A stretch of DNA of 64,000 nucleotides, from the NCBI GenBank assembly GCA_016702305.1, contig JADJEH010000001.1, positions 312,077 to 376,076 of the forward strand, in the 5' to 3' direction. This document shows positions 17,046-27,500 of the stretch, piece by piece (position 1 is the stretch's first letter; each line of letters starts with the position of its first letter). The notes under the pieces were generated by a model that saw only the letters and a program-made list of their open reading frames with translations, was not told the origin of the DNA and did no database searches. The stretch is from a bacterium (GTDB lineage Bacteria; Electryoneota; RPQS01). The position numbers and the translations under genes were made by a program.

Positions 17046-18113
17046 TCATCTGCTGTGGCGCGGACCCAGCACGCGAATTAATTGCTTCAGCAGACCCGTG
17101 TCAATCTCTTCATACATCTTGTCGCGCATGAGAGTTAACGCTTCGATCCCGCGCAGCGCCGGCTTGTACACTCGGTGCGAAGTCAGCGCATCGTAGATGT
17201 CCACAAGCGTGCAGATGCGGGTCTCCAGAGATATTCTCTCAGGAGGAAGCCTCCGCGGATAGCCGCGGCCGTTGAGCTTCTCGTGATGCGAGTGGATGAT
17301 GTCCATGGCCATATCCGTGACTTCCGGGTGCGGCCGCATCAGCGACACGCCATGTTCAGGATGCATCTCCACTTCACGCATCTCCGACGTGGACAGAACC
17401 CCCGCCTTGCGCAAAATCTGCGATGGCACTCGACACTTGCCCACGTCGTGAAGCAGATAGCCCATCGCAGCATCCTTCACGTGCGTCTCCGGCCCGTGGA
17501 TCTCTAACAAAAGCGCCGTGCCCAGTGTTGCAACATGCACGGCGTGCGAATACAGCGAATAGTCGAGCGCAAACGTCCCGGCCATCGCGCGCAGCAGATC
17601 ACGATCCGCCGCTAACGCCTCGACCGTGTGCTCAACCATCGTGCGATTCGTCTTGATCAGAACCGGAGACTCCGGCCGCGAGAATGTCGCCTGAACCAGC
17701 GCCGTCGTCGTCTGATACAAGACCTGCGACTTCTGCTCCGGCGTCGCGTCGTCGGCCCGCAGCACGTCGCCCACGGTGCGGTCCACGAATGTGAAGTACT
17801 GCCCGGCGTCGTCGTCCGCAACGTACAGGAACTTGACGCCGCGATCAATCAGCTCCTTACGCTTCTGCTCGCTCAGGTCAAGATCAGCCGACTTGTAAAG
17901 CACATAGCGCTGACCCGTCCGCGTCGGCACGCCGAGGTAAAGGTCAAAATGCGCGCCCTTGCCCGCGTGCAGAGTGGCCAGCGGAGCAGGGTGGTAGATC
18001 CGGTGGTCTACCTGCGGTTCAATGATGCTGTTACTTGACGACACGTTTGCTCGTAGAGATGACCCTTGTTCCAGCGCAAAGCCCGTGCCCTCAGAAAAAA
18101 CACCCGAAGCCAT
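17046..18113 (-). CDS. HD-GYP domain cyclic-di-GMP phosphodiesterase
   Basis: The HD motif lies in LLHDVGK. HHE(K/R).NG(R/S)GYP is present as HHEKLNGRGYP. The D in DIYDAL coordinates metal. An N-terminal domain of about 170 aa is of unknown function. Confidence 0.85.
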   Translation of the reverse strand: MASGVFSEGTGFALEQGSSLRANVSSSNSIIEPQVDHRIYHPAPLATLHAGKGAHFDLYLGVPTRTGQRYVLYKSADLDLSEQKRKELIDRGVKFLYVADDDAGQYFTFVDRTVGDVLRADDATPEQKSQVLYQTTTALVQATFSRPESPVLIKTNRTMVEHTVEALAADRDLLRAMAGTFALDYSLYSHAVHVATLGTALLLEIHGPETHVKDAAMGYLLHDVGKCRVPSQILRKAGVLSTSEMREVEMHPEHGVSLMRPHPEVTDMAMDIIHSHHEKLNGRGYPRRLPPERISLETRICTLVDIYDALTSHRVYKPALRGIEALTLMRDKMYEEIDTGLLKQLIRVLGPRHSR

Positions 18114-18135
18114 GACGGCTTCGGGTGAATTATTG

Positions 18136-18208
18136 TGAGAGCGCCGGGATTCGAACCCGGGACCATCGCCTTAAAAGGGCGGTGCTCTACCTGCTGAGCT
18201 ACGCTCTC
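18136..18208 (-). tRNA. tRNA-Lys (anticodon UUU)
   Basis: The reverse complement reads GAGAGCGTAGCTCAGCAGGTAGAGCACCGCCCTTTTAAGGCGATGGTCCCGGGTTCGAATCCCGGCGCTCTCA. Acceptor, D, anticodon (loop CTTTTAA) and T arms fold canonically and are close to E. coli tRNA-Lys. Confidence 0.85.
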
Positions 18209-18249
18209 AAGCCAGAGTCGTGCATTTTGCACGGCACCGGCAATCTGTC

Positions 18250-19530
18250 CTAGACTGACAACATGATCGTCTGCTCGCGCGACGCGCCAACCGACGCGAT
18301 TGAAACGGGCACACCCGTGAATTGCTCAATGTACTGCAAGTACTCTTGAGCCGCCTTGGGAAAATCCTGCCAACTCTGCACACCGTTCAAACTCTCCGTC
18401 CAGCCCGGCAGCTCTTCATACACGGGACGGCAGGTGGACAATATCCGGCTATCCGACGGAAAGTTCTTATAAGTGCGCTGGCCGTCTTCATAGGCCACGC
18501 ACACCTTGATCTTGTCCATCCCCGTCAAAATATCGAGCTTTGTCACCGCCCAGGAATCAAGGCTGTTCACCCGCGCCGCAAAGCGCGCTGCAACACCGTC
18601 GAACCAGCCGCAACGCCGCGGACGACCGGTCGTCGCACCGTACTCGTCGCCCTTCTCGCGCAGCTTCTGTTGTTCGTCTCCGTCCGTAATCTCAGTGGGG
18701 AAGGGGCCTTCACCGACCCTCGTTGTGTACGCCTTGATAATGCCGATGACGTTGTCAATCCGCCGGGGACCGATGCCCAGTCCGGCACAAGCGCCGCCGG
18801 CCGTGGGATTCGACGACGTCACGTACGGATACGTGCCCATATCCACATCCAGGAGCGTCCCCTGTGCGCCTTCCAGAATCACATTCTTACCCGCGCGAAT
18901 CGCTTCGTCCAGAAGTACCGACACGTCCTTGACGTAAGGATCAATCTTCTGGTCGAACGCGACGTATTCTTCAACGATTGTCTCCACGTCGAGCTCGGCC
19001 GCTGAGTATACCTTTGACAGCAAACGGTTCTTCTCTTCGACGTTTGCCCGGATCTTCTGGCGCAGCGAATCCCGGTCGAGCAAGTCCACGATGCGAATGC
19101 CCACCCGCGCTACCTTGTCTACGTACGCCGGACCGATGCCCCGCCCGGTCGTCCCGATCTTCACCCGCTCGCCCTGCGATTCGTGCAGACTGTCGAGCAA
19201 TTTGTGATACGGCATGATCAAGTGCGCCTGCTGGCTCACAAACAGCCGTCCGTCGAGATTAATCCCCGCCGCTTCAAGCTGAGCGATCTCATTCAGCAGC
19301 GCCGCCGGATCAACCACTACGCCGCCGCCAATCACGCAAACCGTGTTCGGCCGCAGAATGCCCGCCGGCAACAGATGCAGGACGAACTTTCGTCCGCCTT
19401 CAATGATCGTATGACCCGCATTCGCGCCGCCCTGATAACGGCACACCACATCGGCGCGCTCGCTCAGGTAGTCCACGATCTTGCCCTTGCCTTCGTCGCC
19501 CCATTGGGCGCCCAATACCGCTGTGACCAC
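18250..19530 (-). CDS. purA: adenylosuccinate synthetase
   Basis: The P-loop N-terminus is VVLGAQWGDEGKGKIVD. GHTI, the GTTGRGIGP motif and a length of 426 aa all match PurA. Confidence 0.95.
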   Translation of the reverse strand: MVTAVLGAQWGDEGKGKIVDYLSERADVVCRYQGGANAGHTIIEGGRKFVLHLLPAGILRPNTVCVIGGGVVVDPAALLNEIAQLEAAGINLDGRLFVSQQAHLIMPYHKLLDSLHESQGERVKIGTTGRGIGPAYVDKVARVGIRIVDLLDRDSLRQKIRANVEEKNRLLSKVYSAAELDVETIVEEYVAFDQKIDPYVKDVSVLLDEAIRAGKNVILEGAQGTLLDVDMGTYPYVTSSNPTAGGACAGLGIGPRRIDNVIGIIKAYTTRVGEGPFPTEITDGDEQQKLREKGDEYGATTGRPRRCGWFDGVAARFAARVNSLDSWAVTKLDILTGMDKIKVCVAYEDGQRTYKNFPSDSRILSTCRPVYEELPGWTESLNGVQSWQDFPKAAQEYLQYIEQFTGVPVSIASVGASREQTIMLSV

Positions 19531-19552
19531 GGGTAGCTTCCTTAAACAAAAA

Positions 19553-19574
19553 CGGCCCCGCTCGCGCGGGGCCG
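19553..19574 (-). terminator. rho-independent terminator downstream of secF (minus strand)
   Basis: A 9-bp GC stem CGGCCCCGC/GCGGGGCCG has a 4-nt loop. A plus-strand A-tract AAACAAAAA at 19544-19552 gives a U-tract on the minus-strand transcript. Confidence 0.5.
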
Positions 19575-19592
19575 CGAGAACCGAAAATCGCG

Positions 19593-20501
19593 TTACTTTT
19601 TCTTGCCTTTAAGAATCGCCTTCTCTGCCCACTCCACGACTACCGGCGCCGACACGAATACCGTCGCGTAAGCCGAGGCGATGACGCCTACGAGCATGAC
19701 AAAGCTGAAACCACGCAGCACTTCTCCACCGAAGATGTACAACACCAGCGTCGAAAGAAACACCGTCACCGACGTGATCACCGAGCGCGAGAGCGTATCG
19801 TTGATTGAACGGTCCATGACATCCGCCAAACTCATGTCCTTGAGCTTCTTCATGTTCTCGCGAATTCGGTCGAACACGACGATTGTGTCATTGATAGAGT
19901 AGCCGATCAGCGTCAGAAACGCGGCCAATACCGACAACGACAGCTCGTAGTCCATGAACACCACAAACGCGAGCGTCACGCCGACGTTGTGAACAAGCGC
20001 GATAATGCCGCCAATCGCAAATTCAAAACGGAAGCGCCAGGAAATATAGGCCAGCAGCAGAATGATCGCCACAACGGCGGATATCGCCGCTGAATTGCGC
20101 AATTCCCGGCCCACACGCGGACCCACGAGCGCAATCTCACGGATCTCCACGGAGTTGCCCGGGAAAGCCCCGCTCAGCTTCTCCTGAATCTGCTTCTGCG
20201 TCGCGGTCGGATCTTCCGCGACCTTCATGCGAATCAGAATGTCCGGCTTGGTGCCCAGACCGCCAATGGTCTTGACTTCACCCACGGCAATGTCACCCAG
20301 TGCCGCTCGCACCTGACCGTCCGTCACGGCCTGAGCGAATCGCACCGTCATGTCCATGCCGCCGCGGAAGTCCACCGACCAGTTGGGACCGCGTACAACC
20401 ATCATTACCAAGCCGGCCAGGATTATCACGGCCGAAATGGTCAGAGTCCGCCAGCGGTGCTGCACGAACTTATAATTGGCATTTGCAAAAAACTGAGGCA
20501 T
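19593..20501 (-). CDS. secF: protein-export membrane protein SecF
   Basis: The protein has six transmembrane segments and SecD/F conserved blocks (GGMDMTVRF..., IGYSINDTIVVFDRIRE). It lies directly downstream of secD, with stop and start sharing a nucleotide. Confidence 0.9.
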   Translation of the reverse strand: MPQFFANANYKFVQHRWRTLTISAVIILAGLVMMVVRGPNWSVDFRGGMDMTVRFAQAVTDGQVRAALGDIAVGEVKTIGGLGTKPDILIRMKVAEDPTATQKQIQEKLSGAFPGNSVEIREIALVGPRVGRELRNSAAISAVVAIILLLAYISWRFRFEFAIGGIIALVHNVGVTLAFVVFMDYELSLSVLAAFLTLIGYSINDTIVVFDRIRENMKKLKDMSLADVMDRSINDTLSRSVITSVTVFLSTLVLYIFGGEVLRGFSFVMLVGVIASAYATVFVSAPVVVEWAEKAILKGKKK

Positions 20502-22519
20502 CAGACGCTCAAGGTCTTAAGTTGGCGACCCGTTGTGTACAGGTCGTACACCAAGCGAGTCAGGAACACGGACGTGAACATGTTGATCAAGATACCAACC
20601 GTCAAGGTCAAGGCAAATCCCTTGATCGCGCCCGTACCGTAAATCAGAAGCACCACGCCGGCAATCGCCGTCGTCGTATTCGAGTCAATAATCGTCAATA
20701 GCGCGCGGTCAAATCCCGTATCAATCGCCGCCCGCACCGACTTGCCTGCCCGCAACTCTTCGCGAATACGCTCGAAGATCAGCACGTTAGCGTCCACCGC
20801 CATACCAATCGTCAAAATGATACCCGCGATACCCGGCATCGTCAGCGTAAACTGGAAGAGTGCCAGTGCGCCCATGAGCAGGAACACGTTGAAAATCATC
20901 GCTAGGTCGGCGATCAGGCCCGAGGCGCGGTAGTACCACACCATGAAGAAGATGACCGCCAGAAACGAGATGATCAAACACAGCTTGCCTGCTTCGACCG
21001 AATCCTGACCGAGCGACGGTCCCACCGTGCGCTCTTCAGCCACATTAACCGACGCCGGCAGCGCGCCTGCGCGCAGCACAATGGCGATGTCACGAGCTTC
21101 TTCCACGTCATCAAGGCCGGTGATCACAGCCGAACCGCCCGAAATCTTCTCTTGCAGGTTCGGAGCCATGTACACCTTGTCGTCGAGCACGATACCCAGT
21201 CGTTGGCCAACGTTCGCACCAGTTACCCGCGAAAAGACGCGACCGCCTTCGCGTGTGAACTCGATTTGCACAACCGGCTTGCCTGCCTGCGCCGGATCGT
21301 AGCCCGAGCCCATCGTCGAACGCGCGTCCGCCAGCTTCTCGCCGGTCAATTCCGCCCGCGCCTTCACGATATAGAGCCGCCAGTATTCCTTCAGATCAGT
21401 GCCCATCTTCTCTGAACGGGCCGACCACTTGAAGGCCAGATCACGCGGAATGAAACGCTGATTCTCAATCGCCGTCAAATAACGGGTCACCTTGCCGCGA
21501 TTTTCCACCGGCACCAGAATGTCCCCTGTGCCTCCGACTAACAGCGACAACAACGGGTTCGCACCCGAACCGGTCGTGTCACCCAGAGTCGTGTCCGGTG
21601 TCGTGAACATGTCGTCGGCGGTCTGCGTGCTGTCAGCCGTTGAATCTGCGCCCAACGAGTCCGGTGTTGCCGCAACCGTTTCGGCGGTGTCGCCTGACAT
21701 ACGGCGGCGAATGCCCTCATCCAAGGCCAGCAGCACCTGCTGCGAACGCTCGGATTCGGCCAGCAACTGGAATTCCAGCAACGCCGTACGGCCTACCAAT
21801 TCACGCGCGCGTACCGGATCCTTGACGCCGGGAAGCTCCAGCGCGATGCGCCGCGTACCCAGCTTGCTGATCGAAGGCTCAGACACGCCGAACTGGTCCA
21901 CGCGGTTGCGCAAAATCTCCAAACTGCGGTCCACCGCGTCATCCGCAGTCGTACGCAGTTCTGAGATAATGTCGCCGTCCGATTGACCGGCATCGCCCCA
22001 GTAGCGGTTCAGTGAGATGTTGCGACTCGCGGCTACCGATTGCAGTTCGCTGAACACGTCCGCATCCGGTTGCTTCGCAATCGGAGCCAACTGAGCGATC
22101 AACGCCTCGTACTGGTCGTCCTTGGCCTTCGCGCTGTTTTGCAGCAGCTCCAGCAGGTCAACTTCCAGCACGAGATACATGCCGCCCTGCAAGTCAAGAC
22201 CGCGCTTGATCGCCAACGAGCGATTGGCCTGCAACGACTTCGAGAAATCGCCCCGCAGGTATTCAATCTGTTCCGTTGCGGACGCCTTGTCCATCTCCCC
22301 GATCGAGGACAGCTGAACCTCGCCCACCAGGTCAACATCGTCGCGGTAGATATCCGTCACCAAACGCGACAGAGGGATCCCCGACGTATTGCTCAACTGG
22401 GTCAGCAATTCGGTTTCCTGATCCGAGAGCTGCTCGTAGCGCAAGGTCGGATACAGGAGGTACCCGCCCAGCACCAGCAACAGCGTCACAACGATAATTC
22501 TAAATCGATGTTCTTTCAT
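20501..22519 (-). CDS. secD: protein-export membrane protein SecD
   Basis: The SecD periplasmic P1 domain and C-terminal TM bundle are present (GLDLQGG..., ILTIGMAVDANVLIFERIRE). The product is 672 aa. Confidence 0.9.
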   Translation of the reverse strand: MKEHRFRIIVVTLLLVLGGYLLYPTLRYEQLSDQETELLTQLSNTSGIPLSRLVTDIYRDDVDLVGEVQLSSIGEMDKASATEQIEYLRGDFSKSLQANRSLAIKRGLDLQGGMYLVLEVDLLELLQNSAKAKDDQYEALIAQLAPIAKQPDADVFSELQSVAASRNISLNRYWGDAGQSDGDIISELRTTADDAVDRSLEILRNRVDQFGVSEPSISKLGTRRIALELPGVKDPVRARELVGRTALLEFQLLAESERSQQVLLALDEGIRRRMSGDTAETVAATPDSLGADSTADSTQTADDMFTTPDTTLGDTTGSGANPLLSLLVGGTGDILVPVENRGKVTRYLTAIENQRFIPRDLAFKWSARSEKMGTDLKEYWRLYIVKARAELTGEKLADARSTMGSGYDPAQAGKPVVQIEFTREGGRVFSRVTGANVGQRLGIVLDDKVYMAPNLQEKISGGSAVITGLDDVEEARDIAIVLRAGALPASVNVAEERTVGPSLGQDSVEAGKLCLIISFLAVIFFMVWYYRASGLIADLAMIFNVFLLMGALALFQFTLTMPGIAGIILTIGMAVDANVLIFERIREELRAGKSVRAAIDTGFDRALLTIIDSNTTTAIAGVVLLIYGTGAIKGFALTLTVGILINMFTSVFLTRLVYDLYTTGRQLKTLSV

Positions 22520-22565
22520 AAGTTACCAGAAGGCAAACCCGGTGTGAGAAGTTCGCAAAGACCTC

Positions 22566-22594
22566 TAATATACAATGTTCCGGCCTATTTGTCA
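22566..22594 (-). promoter_or_regulatory. near-consensus sigma70 promoter for secDF (minus strand): TTGACA, 17 nt, TATATT
   Basis: The reverse complement of 22566-22594 reads TTGACAaataggccggaacattgTATATT. It lies 4 nt after the rluD stop. The predicted TSS is about 40 nt upstream of the secD ATG. Confidence 0.45.
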
Positions 22595-23580
22595 AGCTGA
22601 AGAAGTGCATCTTTCTTCAGTAATTCCAGCGTCTTAATATACCGTTCCGGCGGCTCCACGGCAAAACTGAGCGCCTCGTTCGTCACAGGATGGACAAACC
22701 CGAGCGTTCGCGCATGCAGCATGAAATGCTCGACGTCTTCCAATACTGTGCTGTAAAACTTCGCCCGCGTACCGCCGAAATTGCCCAGCCGCTTCGTGCG
22801 ACCGCCGTACGCCGTATCGCCAAAGACCGGATGACCAATGTGCTCAACATGCACGCGAATCTGATGCGTGCGCCCGGTTCCCAGCTTCAACTTCAGGTAG
22901 GCCGTATCAACGTAGTTCTCGAGCACCTGATACGTCGTAATCGCTTCCTTGCCTGTCCGCTTCGAGACTGCGTAGCGCTTGCGATCACCGGGATGACGGT
23001 CAAGCAGCGTTTCGATCGTGCCCTCATCATGCCGGAATCGTCCCCACACCAGCGCGCGATACTCACGCTCGACCGACCGCTTGGCAAATTGATCGGTCAA
23101 CTTGCGGTGGACCTTGTCATCCTTGGCCACGACCAGCAAACCCGATGTTCCCTTGTCCAGCCGGTGCACGATCCCGGGCCGCATGTTATCTTCACCGGTC
23201 TCGCGACCGAGATGATGCAACAGCGCGTTCACCAGCGTCCCGCTGAGATTCCCGTGCGCCGGATGCGTTACCATCCCCGCGGGCTTATTCACAACAAGCA
23301 GAAAGTCATCCTCATAATGCAGGTCGAGCGGAATCGCCTCCGCCACAATATCCACCGGATCTTGCGGACGAAAATGAACCTCAACCTCGTCGCCACCGGA
23401 CACACGCCATGATTTGCGCACAGATTGCCCGTTGACAAACACCAGCCCGGCCTCGATCAGGCCGTGCACTCTATTGCGGGAGATCGCTGGAAGGGCTTGG
23501 GTGAGAAAGCGGTCCAGCCGCAGCGGTTTCTGTGCCGCTGCTGCTTGAAGTCGAAAGGGAGGAGGAGTCGAGTCGTTCAC
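22585..23580 (-). CDS. rluD: RluA-family 23S rRNA pseudouridine synthase (RluD-like)
   Basis: An N-terminal S4 domain (LRLDRFL...ISRNRV..LIEAG.V.VNG) is present. The catalytic motif HRLDKGTSGLLVVAKD is conserved. Confidence 0.85.
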   Translation of the reverse strand: MNDSTPPPFRLQAAAAQKPLRLDRFLTQALPAISRNRVHGLIEAGLVFVNGQSVRKSWRVSGGDEVEVHFRPQDPVDIVAEAIPLDLHYEDDFLLVVNKPAGMVTHPAHGNLSGTLVNALLHHLGRETGEDNMRPGIVHRLDKGTSGLLVVAKDDKVHRKLTDQFAKRSVEREYRALVWGRFRHDEGTIETLLDRHPGDRKRYAVSKRTGKEAITTYQVLENYVDTAYLKLKLGTGRTHQIRVHVEHIGHPVFGDTAYGGRTKRLGNFGGTRAKFYSTVLEDVEHFMLHARTLGFVHPVTNEALSFAVEPPERYIKTLELLKKDALLQLDK

Positions 23581-24091
23581 CTGAAGTGGTAGAGAGAGGG
23601 GCGTGCTGCTTCATGAACAATGTCTGCCATAACAACAGCACGATGCCGACCGTCACGCACGAGTCCGCGATATTGAACACGGGCCAGCGCTGCATGATGA
23701 AATCGGGAAAATCCGCGTCGAAAAAATCCGTCACCGACCGGAACAACACCCGGTCAATAGAATTGCCCACCGCGCCGCACCAGAATAGAAAGACCGGCCA
23801 CATGAGCCGATCGCGGTCGCGAACCAATTTGTATAAGTAGATTGCCAACCCAACCGCCGCGGTTGCGCCAAATAGCATCAACACCAACGGCGGAAACGGC
23901 TCCAGTCCGAAGGCCACACCGGGATTCTGCACATACGTTAACCGTAGCAGCTCGCCGAGTACAGGAATAGATTCCCCCAGCACAAAACTCGCGCGCACCC
24001 AGGCCTTGGTCCACTGATCCAGCCCGACCAACATCGCAAAACCCAGCATCCACGGCCAATACGCCGGCCGCATGGCACCGCTCATCGTCAT
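23471..24091 (-). CDS. lspA: lipoprotein signal peptidase II
   Basis: Conserved LspA blocks are present: ...LDQWTK..., NPGVAFG, ...FNIADSCVTVG.... There is an unusual Ser/Thr/Pro-rich C-terminal extension of about 45 aa. Confidence 0.85.
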   Translation of the reverse strand: MTMSGAMRPAYWPWMLGFAMLVGLDQWTKAWVRASFVLGESIPVLGELLRLTYVQNPGVAFGLEPFPPLVLMLFGATAAVGLAIYLYKLVRDRDRLMWPVFLFWCGAVGNSIDRVLFRSVTDFFDADFPDFIMQRWPVFNIADSCVTVGIVLLLWQTLFMKQHAPLSTTSGERLDSSSLSTSSSSGTETAAAGPLSHPSPSSDLPQ

Positions 24092-24558
24092 TCGATGTTG
24101 TTTTTGGCCTCTTCCAACCGACGTTTGGCCTCAATGCTCAGCTTCGCATGCGGAATCGCTTCCAGCCGACGAAATTCAATCGGCGCGCCCGTGTCCATAC
24201 AATACCCATACGTGCCGTTGTCTATCCGCTCAACCGCCTGTTCCAACAGCGTCAGCATCTTGCCCTCACGGCTGGCAAACAGAAAGGCCTTCTCGCGTTC
24301 CTGCGCATCCGTCCCCTGATCCGCCATGTGATAGCTGTAGGTCGAAGAGTCCCCCGAATACGTGTCTGACGTCTGTTCCATGGAACTCTCGCGCAGGTAG
24401 CCCAGCTCGCGCAAGATTTCCTTGCGCCGCTCCACGATCAGGTGGCGGAAATACTCCTTCCACTCCGGTGCGTAAAGCGTCGGCTTCGGACCGTCCGGCC
24501 ACGGATGCGTTGGCTTCTCGGTCGCTTCGGTTCTCTTCTTGTTGTTCTCGTTCGCCAT
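24088..24558 (-). CDS. DksA/TraR-family protein (zinc-finger-degenerate variant)
   Basis: A coiled-coil region is followed by the C-terminal GTYGYCMDTGAPIEFRRLEAIPHAKLSIEAK. This aligns to the DksA C4 finger region, but only one of four Cys is retained (C-x2-T ... S-x2-A). Confidence 0.65.
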   Translation of the reverse strand: MANENNKKRTEATEKPTHPWPDGPKPTLYAPEWKEYFRHLIVERRKEILRELGYLRESSMEQTSDTYSGDSSTYSYHMADQGTDAQEREKAFLFASREGKMLTLLEQAVERIDNGTYGYCMDTGAPIEFRRLEAIPHAKLSIEAKRRLEEAKNNIE

Positions 24559-24574
24559 GGTGTTGTCCTGCTTC

Positions 24575-27500
24575 TCAGACCTGTGTCATTTCCGTCGCCG
24601 TTTCCGAGCGCTGCGCCACCGTCAAGCCAAATGCGTGGTCGCCCGCCTTCTGATCGCCCCCGCCGTGCGCTATCAACAACTCCGTGCACAGCGTCTCGCG
24701 GCAAATATACTCCTCGAATTGCTTAACCGCCGCCGCCAGTTCCCCAGCATCAGTGGAAAGCTCGATCGCGATTCGATCCGTGATTTCAAATCCCGCGTCC
24801 TTGCGCGCGCTCTGCACTGCATGCACCACCTCGCGCGCCAATCCTTCCGCCACCAAATCCGGCGTCATATGCGTATCCAGCGCGATCGTCATGTGGCCGT
24901 CGGATTGCACTGCGAATCCCGCAAGCTCCTCGCGCCGCACCAGCACGTCCTCCGCCGCAAGCTCCATGTCCAGCACGCGCACGCTGCCGCTTTGTTCCAT
25001 CTGCGCCAATTGCGCCGGGCTGAGCAATTCAATCGCCGCCGCAAACTCCTTCATGCGCCCGCCGACCTTCTTGCCCAATAGCTTGAAATTCGCCTTGGCG
25101 GACAAGCTCACCAAGCCGTCGTCGCTCCCGTGAATCTCAATCTGCTTGACATTGATCTCATCGGCCACCAGACCCAAATACGGCTCAAGTTCCGCCGCCG
25201 CACCCGCTTCCGGAACGACCCACGTCATCCGCGCCAGCGGCTGCCGAACTTTCAACTTGCGCTCTTCGCGCAGCGCCCGTGCCAGCGACACCGCCTCCTG
25301 CACCCGCGCCATCTGCCGCTCGAGATTCCGATCCCGCTGGGCAGAATCCGCCGCCGGGTATTGCGCCAAATGCACGCTTTCCGCCGCACTAGCGTCTAAG
25401 CCGCGTACCAGGTTCTGATAAATGTGCTCGCATAGGAACGGCAAGAACGGGGCCAACAACCTTACCAATCCCTCCAGCACGTCATAGAGTGTCGCATAGG
25501 CCGCATGCTTGTCCGCGTCGCTTTCCGATTTCCAGAATCTGCGGCGAGAGCGACGAATGTACCAGTTGGTCAATTCGTCGAGGAAACTCAGAATCGCCTG
25601 TGCCGCACGACCCACATCATATTGATCAAGATTGGTCGTGACCTCCTCAATCAGGCGGTTGTACTCCGATACGATCCAGCGGTCAAGCTCCGTCCGCTCG
25701 ACCTTCGCCTTCGACGGCGTCCAGCCGTCAATCACGGCATACGTCGTGAAAAAGCTGTAGCTGTTCCACAGCGGCAGAATCACCGAACGCACTGCTTCGC
25801 GAATTTCTTCTTCGCCGAAGCGCTTGGCCAGCCACGGATTCGTCGCAAAGAAAATCCAGCGCACCGGATCGGCGCCGAATTTCTCAAACAGCACCATCGG
25901 ATCCACGACATTCCCAAGCGACTTCGACATCTTTAAACCCTTCGAGTCGAGCACCAGTTCCGTGCAGATCACATTCTTGTAGCTCGACCAATTCCCCGGA
26001 TTGCCCCAGAACTTCTTCGCGTCTGCGTCGTTGTCCCGCTCAGCCTCTTGCAGTTTGGCTTTGGCAACCAAACACGAGCAAGCCAATAGAGTGTAGAACC
26101 AGCCGCGGGTTTGATCCTGACCTTCGCTAATGAAGTCGGCCGGATACTGCGACATGAACAGCTTGTCCGAACCCTCCGCCGCCGGATAGCCGAATTGCCC
26201 CCACGGCATCAACCCGGCGTTAAACCAACTGTCAAGCACGAAATTCTCTCGCCGCAGCTCGCGTCCGTCCGCCGTCCGCAAGATAATCTTGTCTATTGCC
26301 GGTTTATGAGGGTCACTGGAAAGTGACCAACCTTGCGCTGACGCTAACTTCTCCAGTTCCGCGAGGCTTTCAACACAAACCGACTCGCTGCCATCTTCCG
26401 TCTGCCAAACCGGCAGCGGAGAACCCCAGTAACGTTCGCGCGTAACATTCCAATCCTGCACATTCTCGAGCCAATTGCCGAACCGGCCGTCGCGCACGTG
26501 ATCAGGTTTCCAGCCAATGTGCTGATTGGCTTCAAGCATCATCTCTTTGAGCGCCGTCGTGCGAATGAACCAGGCCGGGCGCGGGAAGTACATCAGCGGC
26601 GTCTTCGTCCGATAGTCGAACGGATAGGTGTGGGTGTACTTCTCTTTGCCTAACAGCAGCCCTTTGGCCTGCAGGTACTTGAGAATGTCCACATCGAGCC
26701 CCTCTTCACGGAACTCGCGCCCCGCAAACGGCTTCGCATGCTCACCCACCAGACCATTCGCATCCACCGTCAAGACCACCGGAATTTCCATCTTGCGCAA
26801 GATCCGGAAGTCGTCTTCACCGTAATTCGCCAGATGCACCAAGCCCGTGCCGTCTTCCGTCGTGACATAGTCATCGCATACGACCGAGCACGCGCGCGTC
26901 CCTGGCTGCTTGAGCCAATCAAAGAGCGGCTCATAGCGCAGTCCTGCGAGCTCCTTGCCGAGCTTCGTGCCCACGACACGGTATTCGCCGAGCATCGGCT
27001 TCAAGGCTTCGAGCCGCGCCGTCGCGATAATCAGCTTTTTGCCCGTTTCGGCCCGTTCGACAATAGAATACTCAATCTCGGGGCCGCAGGCGACCGCCAG
27101 ATTCGAAAGCAGCGTCCACGGTGTGGTCGTCCATGCTGTCAAATAGAGATTCGCTTCGCCAATGACCTTGAACTTCACATAGAGCGTGAGGTCGGTAACA
27201 TCCTGATAGCCTTGCGCGACCTCGAAATTCGACAGCGTCGTTCCCGTGCGCGGACTGTAGGCCATCACGCGGTAATCCTTATAGAGGTAGCGCGGCGATT
27301 GCCCCAAGCGCAACGCCTTTTCTCGCGCCTCGCCTTCAAGCTCCAAATTCCAGGCCTGCTTCAGCGTCCACCAATCCGACTGAATATAGTACGGTTCATA
27401 GGTCGCATAGGCATTTTCCAAATCGAGAAACCGCCCGATCCGCCGAATCGCCACTTCCCATTCCTGCTTGAACCGAAACACCGTTTTGCGGCAATAATCC

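Noticed and set aside
18008-18232. 74-aa minus-strand ORF
   Set aside because: It fully overlaps tRNA-Lys; the tRNA fold is far better supported.
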